Below, in pieces: positions 1 through 9,533 of a stretch of 64,000 bases of DNA (its first letter is position 1; the number at the start of each line of letters is the position of its first letter). The DNA is from an uncultured Spirochaetota bacterium (GTDB lineage Bacteria > Spirochaetota > UBA4802 > UBA5368): NCBI GenBank assembly GCA_963762305.1, contig CAVXKM010000002.1, positions 367,777 to 431,776 of the forward strand. The letters run 5' to 3'. The position numbers and the translations under genes were made by a program. Under the pieces are notes generated by a model. It ran no database searches. It was not told the origin of the DNA and was given only the letters and a program-made list of their open reading frames with translations.

Positions 1-1089
1 AAAACGATATTAAACATAATAAGCGACAATCACCTGCTCTACACCCGCTGCATAGGCACGGGTGTCAGGAACATTCACGACAAGGTTTCCCGGATCCTGC
101 ATGTTCCGGCCGCTAATGCCAGGGCGCTTTTTGAATCCCTCAATCTCGACCTGACTTCTCTTGAGAACAATTACGCCAGGGATCTGTACAAGACGCTGAA
201 ACTGAGCCGGCAGCAGCTTAAAAAAATATTCGATTCTTCCACCGCCGTGGTCGAGGGACTCATCGAGCAGATTATGCTCACATTGAAGTCATTTACGCTG
301 GACTTCGGTGAAATGACCTTCAGCCGGCTTCTCCTCTCGGGGGGCGGCGCCAATGTTCCCGGCATGGGGTTCCTGCTTTCACAGAACCTTGATCTCCCGG
401 TGCTGTCTCTCCCGTTTTTACAGGACTACAGCGAGGGGCGGATCCAGACCCAGTTTCCCACGGTTTTCGGAACCGCGCTTTCATACCTGAACAAGAAGAA
501 CTCCCCGACGAACTTCCTGAAGGGTGAGTTTTTGCCCGGCATATCGGGAAAATCGGCAAAGATATACTACCTCGCGGGTGCGTTTGCCGCCGCCTCAGTG
601 CTCCTGCTTCTCGTCAATGTCGCGATCTCCTCATTCTCGCGGTACCGGGCCAACTCACAGTACAGGGAAGTGCTCAACGAACGATACATGCGCTATTTCC
701 ATGCACGCCAGCCTGCGGATGACCCGGTAAAGGCCGCCATGAAAATGGTTGCGGATGAAAGGAAGGAACTAGGTAACCTGGACAGCATCATGCAGCAGAA
801 CGCCGCGGTCCTTGACGTCCTGAAGGAAATCTTGGCGCATTTCCCCGGGGATGCCGGTTTCCAGCTCAATAACCTCGTGATAACCGAAAACGCGATCCGT
901 ATCGACGGGACCATATCGTCAAGCAGGGCGATAGACGATTTCAAGAATAAGCTCGTGGATTCCAGGAAATATGACTCGGTGGACCTCAACACCAATATAA
1001 CGAAGAGAAACGAGATCTCCTTCGCTTTAGTCATCAAGCAGAAGACCCCGGGCGGGACGAAGAAAGACCATGCGATGGCCATCGATTGA
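1..1089 (+). CDS. GspL/PilM-PilN-like secretion/pilus assembly protein (5' partial). Cytoplasmic actin-like ATPase fold, single TM helix and a periplasmic domain.
   Basis: Frame 1 is open from base 1, so the gene starts upstream of the window. The LSGGGANVPG motif is typical of a PilM/GspL actin-like C-terminus. It is followed by the TM helix IYYLAGAFAAASVLLLLVNVAISSF and about 150 aa of periplasmic tail. Its stop overlaps the next small TM gene. Confidence 0.5.
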   Translation, partial: KTILNIISDNHLLYTRCIGTGVRNIHDKVSRILHVPAANARALFESLNLDLTSLENNYARDLYKTLKLSRQQLKKIFDSSTAVVEGLIEQIMLTLKSFTLDFGEMTFSRLLLSGGGANVPGMGFLLSQNLDLPVLSLPFLQDYSEGRIQTQFPTVFGTALSYLNKKNSPTNFLKGEFLPGISGKSAKIYYLAGAFAAASVLLLLVNVAISSFSRYRANSQYREVLNERYMRYFHARQPADDPVKAAMKMVADERKELGNLDSIMQQNAAVLDVLKEILAHFPGDAGFQLNNLVITENAIRIDGTISSSRAIDDFKNKLVDSRKYDSVDLNTNITKRNEISFALVIKQKTPGGTKKDHAMAID

Positions 1090-1609
1090 CACGCTGAAAC
1101 TGTCGGGCAGGGAAAAAAGGCTCCTCCAGGCCCTCGCGGTGCTCTTGCTGGGCGCCCTGATTTATTTCCTCGCGGTGCAGCCTTATATCGAGTTCCGTAA
1201 AAATTCCGCGGAGCAGGTGCGAAAAAACATGGACGGCCTCAACCGCATGGAGGAGCTTTTCGGGCAGTACAGGGACATGAAGCAGAGGAAAACCAAGTAC
1301 CTCACCCTGCTCGCCAACAGAAACGACAACATCACCACGCTGATAGAACAGTGGTCCGGAGCGGCCGACATATCGCGGAACATCGCCTACACCAGGAGGA
1401 CCCAGTCAACCATACAGAACAAGTATGTCCGCGTGACGACGGACCTGAAAATAGAGGGCGCCCCCATCCAGAAGCTCCTTCGTTTCATCTACGAGATCGA
1501 AGGTTCCAACATTTTATTGAGAATCAGCTACCTGAGGATTTACCATGGCCTGAAAGGCTCCGACACCTACGATGTCATCATGAAAATCGACAGCTTCTCG
1601 CTTCAGTGA
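1070..1609 (+). CDS. GspM/PilO-like bitopic inner-membrane protein
   Basis: 179 aa with an N-terminal TM helix (LLQALAVLLLGALIYFLAV) and a periplasmic domain. It overlaps the upstream gene and sits in gspL-M-N order. Confidence 0.4.
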   Translation: MRWPSIDTLKLSGREKRLLQALAVLLLGALIYFLAVQPYIEFRKNSAEQVRKNMDGLNRMEELFGQYRDMKQRKTKYLTLLANRNDNITTLIEQWSGAADISRNIAYTRRTQSTIQNKYVRVTTDLKIEGAPIQKLLRFIYEIEGSNILLRISYLRIYHGLKGSDTYDVIMKIDSFSLQ

Positions 1610-1624
1610 GTTAAACGGAAAAAC

Positions 1625-2479
1625 ATGAATCTGCACATCCTGTTCGAAAAATCACGGGCGTGGCTGAAGGCTCTCTCGGCTTTTGCGAAGGAGACGCTTG
1701 AACTTCCCCACGCCAAGGCCTACATCGCCCTCGCGCTGGGTCTCTCCGTGTTCTTTTTCATTATCACTTTTCCCTATGACATCATAATCAGAAAACAGAT
1801 AAAGAAAATCGAGCACAGCATCGGAAGGGCGGTATACATAGGGTCCATTGAATACAGCCTCATCGGGGATTCCTACATTGACACCATCGAGATCATCACG
1901 GACAGCGGCGCGGAGATCCTTATAAGGGATATGGACTTCGATATCGCCGTAAATCCATTCACCACCATCCTCGGGAAGACCCTGAAGGGAGATTGCGCCA
2001 TCCATGATTTCCGGTATTCCGGCAATGAATCATCAATCACGGGCGTCGCGAGCGGCGATTTCCGCCTCGAGTTCGATGATGCGGGCCTTCCCCGGGAAGG
2101 CTTATTCAGATTCGAAATGCAGAATGTCCTCCTGAAGGGACTCAACCTCAAGGGTTTCAACATCCCCGCGGTACAGTTCGCTTCGATAAAAGCCGACTCG
2201 GTGATCAAGAACAACGAGCTTAAAATCAACAGTGTCGTCTTCACCGGCGCCGACCTGAACGGCACGATGACCGGCACCGTTCTTCTTTCCCAATTCCTCG
2301 GCAATTCGACCATGAATCTCCAGATCGAAATAGACCCGGCCTCACGGCTCGTAAACGATTACCGGATACTCCTGGGGAACATCGGCAAAGAGGGGGGAAA
2401 CAAAATCCGTATTTCAATATCGGGGACCCTCCAGGACCCGAAGGCCGATCTCCCCTGGGCAGCCGAGAACAGGAGATAG
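1625..2479 (+). CDS. GspN-like membrane-anchored protein (hypothetical)
   Basis: 284 aa with an N-terminal TM helix (YIALALGLSVFFFIITF). Its position after gspL/M-like genes fits GspN, but I recognise no strong motif. Confidence 0.3.
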   Translation: MNLHILFEKSRAWLKALSAFAKETLELPHAKAYIALALGLSVFFFIITFPYDIIIRKQIKKIEHSIGRAVYIGSIEYSLIGDSYIDTIEIITDSGAEILIRDMDFDIAVNPFTTILGKTLKGDCAIHDFRYSGNESSITGVASGDFRLEFDDAGLPREGLFRFEMQNVLLKGLNLKGFNIPAVQFASIKADSVIKNNELKINSVVFTGADLNGTMTGTVLLSQFLGNSTMNLQIEIDPASRLVNDYRILLGNIGKEGGNKIRISISGTLQDPKADLPWAAENRR

Positions 2480-2483
2480 GCCG

Positions 2484-4199
2484 GTGAAAATAGAGCTGTC
2501 CCGGTACTCGGGTTTCTGCATGGGCGTCAGGGACGCGGTGTTAAAAATCGTGCGCGAGCTCAACAAAACACACGAGAAGATCCTCGTGTACGGTTCCCTC
2601 ATCCACAACCCGCAGACCGTGGAAATCCTCGGCCAGCGGGGCCTCTCCACCATCCGCACCCTGGACGATATCGACGGCAAGCTCGTCGCCATAAGGACCC
2701 ATGGGGTCCCCGTCGAGCTTCTCAGGGAGATCCGGTCGAGATCGAGGAGATATATTAACCTCACCTGCCCGAGGGTTTCCCGTGTCCAGGGCCTGATAAA
2801 GAGTTATTCCGCAAAGGGATATTTCACCATCATAATCGGCGACGCTGATCACGCCGAGGTCATGGGCCTGAAGAGCTACGCGACCTCAGGCGTCATGGTC
2901 ATCCAGGGCGCCGACGCGATCAGCTCGATCCCGCCCGCCCCAAGATACATAGTCGTTTCCCAAACCACCCAGGACGTCGGCAAGTTCGATGATGTCGCGG
3001 ACGCGCTCCGGAAAAGATTCCCCGATATCAAAATATTCAATACGATCTGCGATTCGACGTGCAGCAGGCAAAACGACATTCTCGCGGGGATCGAGAATGG
3101 CATCGACGCCCTCGTCGTCGTCGGGGGGAAAGAATCCGCGAACACCCTTCGTTTGGCCGGAATGGGCAGGGAGCACAAGCTGAAGACCTTTCACATCGAA
3201 ACGGAAGCCGAGCTCGGCGAGGGGGACTTCAGCCGGGTCGATCACGTCCTCGTGACCGCGGGGGCCTCCACCCCGGGATGGATCATCAACAACGTCATGG
3301 AGAGACTGCACGAGATAAATCGAAAAAACAGCGGCATCGCTGTCAGATGGGCCTTTAAATCCATTGATGTCATGCTCAGGACCAACATCCTCTCGGCGGC
3401 GGCGGCTTTTTTCCTCACCCTCTTCGTGCAAACATACAACGGCCGCCATCCGGACCCGATTCCCGCAGTCATATCGCTGCTCTATATCTTCGCCATGTAC
3501 ACGATCAACAACCTTCTCGAGATTAAGGCCTATCTCCAGCGGAACCCCGTCAAATACGCCGTCCTCAGCAAGTACAGGTACGTCCTGTTCCCGCTTGCCC
3601 TGGCCTCCCTCTCTCTCTCGTGCATCATGATACTCCGTTACGACACCGCCGTCATCGCCCTGTATCTCCTGTCCTGCCTGCTCGGGGCCCTGTACTCCAC
3701 GGGGTGGATAAAGGCTCTCGTGACGGGGACCAGGTCCATTCCCCTGAACAAGCTGTATAATCTCAAGAACGTCGTTTCCTCCTTCGGATGGCTCATCGTC
3801 ACTTCGATCATTCCCCTGCTGATCATGGAAACGCCCCCCCGGGGCTTTATCGCTCCGTGCGTCTTTGTTTTCACCGTCATTATTTTGCGGAACATATACA
3901 TCGATGTCATTGCATTTCAGGGTGACTTGATTTTCGGCAGGCAGTCCCTTCCCACCCTGCTCGGGATTGAAAAGACGACATACCTGGCGATCCTGTTTTC
4001 CCTGCTGTCTTCGGTTGTCTACGCGGTTCTGACTGCGGAGAGCGGAAATTACGGACTGCTCCTGTTCACGGCCAACCTGCTTTACGCCGGCGTCATATAC
4101 ATCCGCATCTTTTCCAAGAAATACTATACTTCCCTATGGCACGAAATACTCCTGGACTTGAACCTGGCCGCCTTTATAGCCCTTTATCTCGCCTATTGA
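2484..4199 (+). CDS. ispH: 4-hydroxy-3-methylbut-2-enyl diphosphate reductase (IspH/LytB) fused to a ~290-aa polytopic membrane domain with degenerate UbiA-prenyltransferase-like motifs
   Basis: GTG start with AGGAGA ribosome-binding site upstream. The N-terminal ~280 aa align to IspH: GFCMGVRDAV, TCPRV, ICDSTCSRQ (three Fe-S cysteines), TAGASTP. Residues ~290-571 carry 7-8 predicted TM helices. Motif 1-like YTINNLLEIKAYLQRNP (compare NDxxDxxxD...RP) and motif 2-like FQGDLIFGRQSLPTLLG (compare DxxDxxxGxxTLAxxLG). Confidence 0.8.
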   Translation: MKIELSRYSGFCMGVRDAVLKIVRELNKTHEKILVYGSLIHNPQTVEILGQRGLSTIRTLDDIDGKLVAIRTHGVPVELLREIRSRSRRYINLTCPRVSRVQGLIKSYSAKGYFTIIIGDADHAEVMGLKSYATSGVMVIQGADAISSIPPAPRYIVVSQTTQDVGKFDDVADALRKRFPDIKIFNTICDSTCSRQNDILAGIENGIDALVVVGGKESANTLRLAGMGREHKLKTFHIETEAELGEGDFSRVDHVLVTAGASTPGWIINNVMERLHEINRKNSGIAVRWAFKSIDVMLRTNILSAAAAFFLTLFVQTYNGRHPDPIPAVISLLYIFAMYTINNLLEIKAYLQRNPVKYAVLSKYRYVLFPLALASLSLSCIMILRYDTAVIALYLLSCLLGALYSTGWIKALVTGTRSIPLNKLYNLKNVVSSFGWLIVTSIIPLLIMETPPRGFIAPCVFVFTVIILRNIYIDVIAFQGDLIFGRQSLPTLLGIEKTTYLAILFSLLSSVVYAVLTAESGNYGLLLFTANLLYAGVIYIRIFSKKYYTSLWHEILLDLNLAAFIALYLAY

Positions 4200-4204
4200 A
4201 CCGT

Positions 4205-4648
4205 TTACCGCGGATCGGCGTCCATCCGCCCTTCCGGGGCCTCCTCATCCTCTTCCCCGTCATCATCGTATATCAGGAATTCCTTTTCCCCGATGATCCT
4301 TCCGTTTTCCGCCAGGACTATCCTGTAGCTGCCCTTCTGCAAGTTCTCTATTCGCCCGTATATTACCTTCTGCGTCTCGTTCAGGTTTTCCGTGCGCACG
4401 TTCACGTCGACCCATACCAATTCCTTTTTCATCAGGGCGACGCCCACGACATGGCTTCCGCTCACCTCGGGAACGGCATAGACCCAGTCGACGACATCGC
4501 CCGCGGAGAATTCCGGAACTCCTTCCATCTTTTTGTAAATATCTTCCGGCGGCTTCCTGAAGGCGAATTCACCCTTCAGCCCGCCGCATCCCGCCAGAAG
4601 TACGGCAACGGCGAGCAGGACGATGACATGACGACATGGCTTCTTCAC
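4205..4648 (-). CDS. hypothetical lipoprotein
   Basis: Signal peptide with lipobox (LLAGCGG). 147 aa with an acidic C-terminus. Confidence 0.5.
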   Translation of the reverse strand: MKKPCRHVIVLLAVAVLLAGCGGLKGEFAFRKPPEDIYKKMEGVPEFSAGDVVDWVYAVPEVSGSHVVGVALMKKELVWVDVNVRTENLNETQKVIYGRIENLQKGSYRIVLAENGRIIGEKEFLIYDDDGEEDEEAPEGRMDADPR

Positions 4649-4655
4649 GGCGTTC

Positions 4656-4913
4656 CTATTCCACCTTGTATTGGTCCTTGTCGAGCTCTATGATCTTCCC
4701 GCCCCGGCCGTCGTACCTCCCCTCGCGCCTCCGCCCCCCATTCTCCCTGTTGATCCTGCGGCCGAGATTCAGCGCGGACCTGACGAGTCGGAACACAAGG
4801 TAAACGATGAAAAAAAGAAGCAGTAATCTCATCAGACCGCCGAACATATCCCTTCCTCTCCAGCCGGCATATGGCGCGTCATCGCGCCAGAGAGTGCGCC
4901 GCGATGATGTCAA
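4656..4913 (-). CDS. small hypothetical membrane protein
   Basis: 85-aa ORF with one TM helix (LMRLLLLFFIVYLVFRLV). The start may be the internal Met at ~4847. It overlaps the pdxJ 3' end by 35 nt, so weak. Confidence 0.25.
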   Translation of the reverse strand: MTSSRRTLWRDDAPYAGWRGRDMFGGLMRLLLLFFIVYLVFRLVRSALNLGRRINRENGGRRREGRYDGRGGKIIELDKDQYKVE

Positions 4914-5616
4914 GCATCTCCCTCACGGCGCCCTCGATTCCCGTAAAAATCGATCTGGAAATTATTGAATGCCCGATGTTCAACTCCTCGAGCCCGGGCG
5001 TCCCGAGCACAGGGACGATATTCCCATAGTTGAGACCGTGGCCCGCGTTGATCCTCAATCCCTCCTCGAGGCCCCGGCGCGCGGTATTGTAGATCCTCTC
5101 CAGTTCGTGTTCACCGGCGGCTCCATCCGCCGCGTCGCAGTAGCTCCCTGTATGCAGCTCGATATAATCGGCTCCCGTTTCAGATGATTTTTCCGCGGCC
5201 TCGGGGTCAGGCTCGACGAAGAGCGAGACAACCACGTTGAGGTCATGGAACATCTTCACTACCTCGCGAATTCTATCGAAATTTCCCTTCACGTCAAGCC
5301 CGCCCTCGGTGGTCACCTCCTGCCTCTTCTCGGGGACAAGGGTGACCTGGTGGGGAACGAGCTTCTTGGCGACAGCGATCACATCATCCGACAGCGCCAT
5401 TTCAAGGTTCAATTTCCCCCGCACCGCCTTTTTAAGGCTGAATACGTCCGCGTCCTGGATATGCCTCCGGTCCTCTCTCAGGTGGACGGTGATGCCCGCC
5501 GCTCCGGCATTTTCGCACAGGACGGCGCCCTGGACTGGGTCGGGCTCTTTCCCGCCCCTGGCCTGGCGGAGCGTCGCGATGTGGTCCACGTTCACGCACA
5601 AGGTAATTCCGGCCAT
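4879..5616 (-). CDS. pdxJ: pyridoxine 5'-phosphate synthase
   Basis: N-terminus LCVNVDHIATLRQARGG is the PdxJ signature. 245 aa, the typical length. Confidence 0.9.
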   Translation of the reverse strand: MAGITLCVNVDHIATLRQARGGKEPDPVQGAVLCENAGAAGITVHLREDRRHIQDADVFSLKKAVRGKLNLEMALSDDVIAVAKKLVPHQVTLVPEKRQEVTTEGGLDVKGNFDRIREVVKMFHDLNVVVSLFVEPDPEAAEKSSETGADYIELHTGSYCDAADGAAGEHELERIYNTARRGLEEGLRINAGHGLNYGNIVPVLGTPGLEELNIGHSIISRSIFTGIEGAVREMLDIIAAHSLAR

Positions 5617-5781
5617 CGACCTCCCTCTATCCGCATCGGTTCAATAATTTCGTGACTCCCACATGCCCGGGGATAAAAAGGGCCCTGCATACTCTTCGGG
5701 ACAAGGGCCTCTTTGACGTGCATTTTCAAAACGGCCCGACGAAGCCCCCTTCCGGAGCCGCCGGAACCAAGGCGTGCCCCT

Positions 5782-6774
5782 TCAGGGGGCGCTCTTCTTC
5801 GAGACCTTCACGGCCACGGCGTCGGGAACAATGATAATCGGGCGAAACATGTCGCGCTTTGCCCTGTTTTTTATAACCGGGACGACCGGAATAAAGCGCT
5901 CGATCTCTGTATCATTACCCGCGGCCAGCTGGTTTTCCATCCCCGCCGCCGAAGGGTCGACCAACGCTTCGATGTCGCCCGGCGCAAGCTCCGCGTTTTC
6001 CTGGAGCTGCTTCAGATATATCACGGCGGCTTCGTCGGCGAGGCTGTACAGGTACTTCTCCGATGTTCCCTTAAGCCTGAGCTTCACCTCGACGCGGCTC
6101 ATCCCGGCCGCTTCCAGCACCGGGATGAACAGGGTAACTTTCAGAACATCCACATTGACCTGGCCGAGTGATTCGATGTCAAGCGGTATTTCCCTCGCTG
6201 CCTTCTGGGACAGCGCCTCGACAGAGACCCGTCTCGTCGGCACCGATCCTATTCCGTCCAACATGGACCGCGGACCCGAGACGGTCACATATTCGGGAAA
6301 CGCTTTCACGGTGCCCAGAACATACCCCTCCTGGACTCTGCCCGTGATTCTCGGGGCGACCCGGACCTTTTTGTAGGACCTTTCCGCTACGGACAACAGG
6401 AGTTTCTTGGGATTTACATCGATCCTCACGTTTTCCGGGATGTCGGTCTTGATAAAATCCACTCGGTATTGCGCATTTTCGCCCGGCGACGCGTTTTCCA
6501 TGCTGATGTAGGCCTTGAAGTTCCTGGCGCTTACCAGCTTGACGTCCTCGTTCCTGCCGCTCGCCGTCACGGTAACGCTCCGCGCCGGTCGATGGGCCAG
6601 CACCAGGTTGGCGGGCAGATTCCGGAATTCAAGCGGCACCTTGAAGTCTAGCTCCGCTATCTGTGTGCTTCCCACATAGGCCCATAACGCCGTCGCCGCC
6701 AGGAGGCATATGGTCTTCGCGGTAAAATCGCGCCTCCTGATGATCAACCCGACCTCTTCCCAGAATTTGATCAT
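5782..6774 (-). CDS. cdaR: YbbR-domain protein, CdaR-like regulator of diadenylate cyclase
   Basis: N-terminal TM helix followed by repeated YbbR-like beta domains. Its start overlaps the cdaA stop by 4 nt. Confidence 0.7.
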   Translation of the reverse strand: MIKFWEEVGLIIRRRDFTAKTICLLAATALWAYVGSTQIAELDFKVPLEFRNLPANLVLAHRPARSVTVTASGRNEDVKLVSARNFKAYISMENASPGENAQYRVDFIKTDIPENVRIDVNPKKLLLSVAERSYKKVRVAPRITGRVQEGYVLGTVKAFPEYVTVSGPRSMLDGIGSVPTRRVSVEALSQKAAREIPLDIESLGQVNVDVLKVTLFIPVLEAAGMSRVEVKLRLKGTSEKYLYSLADEAAVIYLKQLQENAELAPGDIEALVDPSAAGMENQLAAGNDTEIERFIPVVPVIKNRAKRDMFRPIIIVPDAVAVKVSKKSAP

Positions 6775-7580
6775 TTAATGGAGTACTTCTCCTCGTAGGC
6801 CGTCTTGGGATTCATGAAATACAGGATCATATTCTTGAGGTCCGACACCTTGATCTTCGAAAACATCCGTCCGTTGACCATTACGGATATGTTGCCGGTC
6901 TCCTCGGAAGTGACGAGGACAAGCGCGTCGGTTTCCTCGGCTATGCCGAGCGCCGCGCGGTGGCGCGCCCCGTGGAACTTTTTCAGCTGCCTGGAATCGC
7001 TCAGGGGAAGATAACACGCGGCGGCCGCGATTCGGGAACCCTGTATGATGATGGCTCCGTCGTGGAGCGCCGTATTCGGAAAGAAAATGGTGCGGACAAG
7101 CTCCTCCGACACCGAGGAGTTTATCACAATTCCCGATTCGATGTAGCTTTTAAGGCCGATGTTCCTCTCTATGACGACCAGGGATCCTATCCTTTCCTCG
7201 GACATCGCCTCGATGGAGTTGACCAGCTCGTCCAGGGGGAACGCGTCGCTGCTGAACGCGTTCGAGAGCCAGTTGCGCTGGCCGAACTGCGTGAGCATCC
7301 GCCGCAATTCAGGCTGGAAAAGTATTATGACCGCGATGACGACGTAGGAGGCCAGGTTCGTGATGAGCCAGCTCAGGGTTTCGAGCCGCAGGAACCTCGA
7401 GGCCATGGAAACGGCCAGTATCGCCGCCAGGCCCTTGAACAGCTGCATCGCCCGCGTATTGGAGATAAAGGTGTACAGCCAGTAGAAAACGAGGGCCACG
7501 AGAAATATGTCGATGACCACCCGGGAATATTCCCAGATGCCGCTTATGAAAACCAAAGCCCTGTCAAAAACCGCTTCCAT
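6771..7580 (-). CDS. cdaA: diadenylate cyclase CdaA (DisA_N domain)
   Basis: Three N-terminal TM helices plus the DAC domain motifs HDGAIII and GARHRAALGIAEETDALVLVTSEETG. Confidence 0.85.
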   Translation of the reverse strand: MEAVFDRALVFISGIWEYSRVVIDIFLVALVFYWLYTFISNTRAMQLFKGLAAILAVSMASRFLRLETLSWLITNLASYVVIAVIILFQPELRRMLTQFGQRNWLSNAFSSDAFPLDELVNSIEAMSEERIGSLVVIERNIGLKSYIESGIVINSSVSEELVRTIFFPNTALHDGAIIIQGSRIAAAACYLPLSDSRQLKKFHGARHRAALGIAEETDALVLVTSEETGNISVMVNGRMFSKIKVSDLKNMILYFMNPKTAYEEKYSIK

Positions 7581-8403
7581 TCCTCTTCGGGGCCCTCTTC
7601 ACCATTTCCAGGGCGGTCAGCGCGAGCCTGTGCGCCCTGACGTCGTGTACTCGTATGATGTCCGCGCCATTGTTGACCGCGATGGCGTTCAGCGCCAGGG
7701 TGGCCGGCAGTCGCTCGGCGCCTTCGGGGTACAATTTCCCGATCAGCGATTTCCTGGACAGGCCGATCAGCAGGGGGAATCCCATCCGCTTGAAATACGA
7801 AAGGTTGGCTATGATCTCGTAGTTGTGCTCCACGGTCTTCCCGAAACCTATTCCCGGATCGACGATGATCTTTTCCCGCCCTATGCCTTGGTCTACCGCG
7901 TGGCGGGAACGTTCGCGCAAATAATCGCACACCTCGACGGTCACATCCCCATAAGACGGGTTTTCCTGCATGGTCTCGGGAGTGCCCTTCATGTGCATGA
8001 GCACAATCGAGGCCCCGTGCCTGGCCACCACGCCGGCCATGTCCTCGTTAAAGGAGAGGGCGCTCGTGTCGTTGATCATCGAGGCGCCCGCCTTGAGAAC
8101 GGCCTCCGCCACCGCGGACTTCCGGGTGTCGACGGAGACCGGCATGTCCAGCGTGCCGACCAGCCGCTCCACGACCGGACAAACCCTGTCCATCTCTTCC
8201 TGGGTCGAAACCGGCTTCGCCCCCGGTCGCGTCGACTCGCCGCCTATGTCAAGGATGTCCGCCCCCTCCATGCGGATCTGGAACGCCCTCTCCACCGCCT
8301 TCTCCGGCCGTTGGTACCGGCCTCCGTCATGGAACGAATCCGGCGTCAAGTTCAATATCCCCATTATCAGGGTACGGCTGCCGGGCGAGATGACCATATT
8401 CAC
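7564..8403 (-). CDS. folP: dihydropteroate synthase
   Basis: GILNLTPDSFHDGG and DIGGESTRPGA are Pterin_bind motifs. 279 aa. Confidence 0.9.
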   Translation of the reverse strand: MNMVISPGSRTLIMGILNLTPDSFHDGGRYQRPEKAVERAFQIRMEGADILDIGGESTRPGAKPVSTQEEMDRVCPVVERLVGTLDMPVSVDTRKSAVAEAVLKAGASMINDTSALSFNEDMAGVVARHGASIVLMHMKGTPETMQENPSYGDVTVEVCDYLRERSRHAVDQGIGREKIIVDPGIGFGKTVEHNYEIIANLSYFKRMGFPLLIGLSRKSLIGKLYPEGAERLPATLALNAIAVNNGADIIRVHDVRAHRLALTALEMVKRAPKRNGSGF

Positions 8404-9413
8404 AGGATGAGCGTTATCGACACGATATTGTTGTACCCGAGATCCACCTTGTCCACGCAGAAGGCGTAGCTCACCGCGGTACGCCCGAAGTTGAGGTTGA
8501 TGCCCGACGCGAACCGTGAGTCGTTGAGCCCGAGGTATATCGTGAGCGCGCGTGACACCGCGTACTCGAGCCCGGCATTCATCTCGTAGTCCTGCTGCTC
8601 GAGCTTCTTTACGCCGCTGACCGCGATCGTGAAATCACGGACGTTGACGAGCGCTATGCTCAACCTCATGGACGGATTGCCGAAATCCAAGCGCTCAAGC
8701 GCGCTGCCTTCGTCCCGGTAGTTGTAGATGTTCGTGCCCAGGTCCTTTACCACGAAACCCACCCTGAGAAACGGGAGGAGGTCGACTGCGGCGCCAAGAT
8801 CGAAACCCGAACCGTAGTAAATCGATTCGCCTATCTGCTCGCGGAGCCCCTTCAGTGAAACTCCCATGGTCGCGACGCCGGTGGACCACCCGTAGGACAG
8901 ATATCCCTCTGACCCGGAGTAACTGAGCTTTTGAATGTAATTCCCGAACTCATCCCTGGCCTCGATCCCGCGGGACTGGATGGTGTACACTCCCGCTCCG
9001 GCGATCCCCTTGAACAGCTTGAAGGCCGCGCCCGCGAACCCCGCCTCACGCTCGATGTCAAGCGATGCGGCGGATACGCCGATCTGGAAAAATTGACGCG
9101 AACTTTCCTCCTCGGAAAACCGCACAAGGTCCTTTTCGTCGATGTCCGAGATGTCGCCCTTTTCGATCTTCTTCTCCAACTGGTCCCGGGAGGCGCTCTC
9201 CCTGGCCTTCAGCTCGTAGAGCCCGGCCGGGTTCCAGTAGATGGCGAAAACATCGTCCGCGACGGCCTCGGCCGCCTTCCCCATTGCCACGTACCTCGCC
9301 CCCGCCCAGCCTCCCCGCGTAAACGCGGCCCTCCCTCCCGCGTCCTGTTCGGCATGGACGGCCGTGCTCAGGCAGAGCTGACAAACAATAAACACCGCTG
9401 CCGGGCCGCTCAT
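8400..9413 (-). CDS. putative outer-membrane beta-barrel protein (PorV/PorQ- or UPF0164-like N-terminal motif)
   Basis: Signal peptide MSGPAAVFIVCQLCLSTAVHA (start chosen at the internal Met; the ORF extends to 9470). Mature N-terminus GGWAGARYVAMGKAAEAVADDVFAIYWNPAGL. Alternating beta-strand pattern and a C-terminal aromatic residue. Overlaps the folP start by 4 nt. Confidence 0.5.
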   Translation of the reverse strand: MSGPAAVFIVCQLCLSTAVHAEQDAGGRAAFTRGGWAGARYVAMGKAAEAVADDVFAIYWNPAGLYELKARESASRDQLEKKIEKGDISDIDEKDLVRFSEEESSRQFFQIGVSAASLDIEREAGFAGAAFKLFKGIAGAGVYTIQSRGIEARDEFGNYIQKLSYSGSEGYLSYGWSTGVATMGVSLKGLREQIGESIYYGSGFDLGAAVDLLPFLRVGFVVKDLGTNIYNYRDEGSALERLDFGNPSMRLSIALVNVRDFTIAVSGVKKLEQQDYEMNAGLEYAVSRALTIYLGLNDSRFASGINLNFGRTAVSYAFCVDKVDLGYNNIVSITLIL

Positions 9414-9533
9414 CCGCCGCCGGAACGCGCTCCACGCCTGCCTGCAGGAACTTGTCATCGCTGCGCGCACCTATTTATTTCAGCACCGCCATGAGGCGCA
9501 CAAATACCGTGAGAGCTGCTTTTCCTTTCCATT

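Noticed and set aside
7507-8469. 320-aa plus-strand ORF
   Set aside because: Antisense to folP, which has unambiguous motifs. The product is low-complexity and Arg/His-rich.
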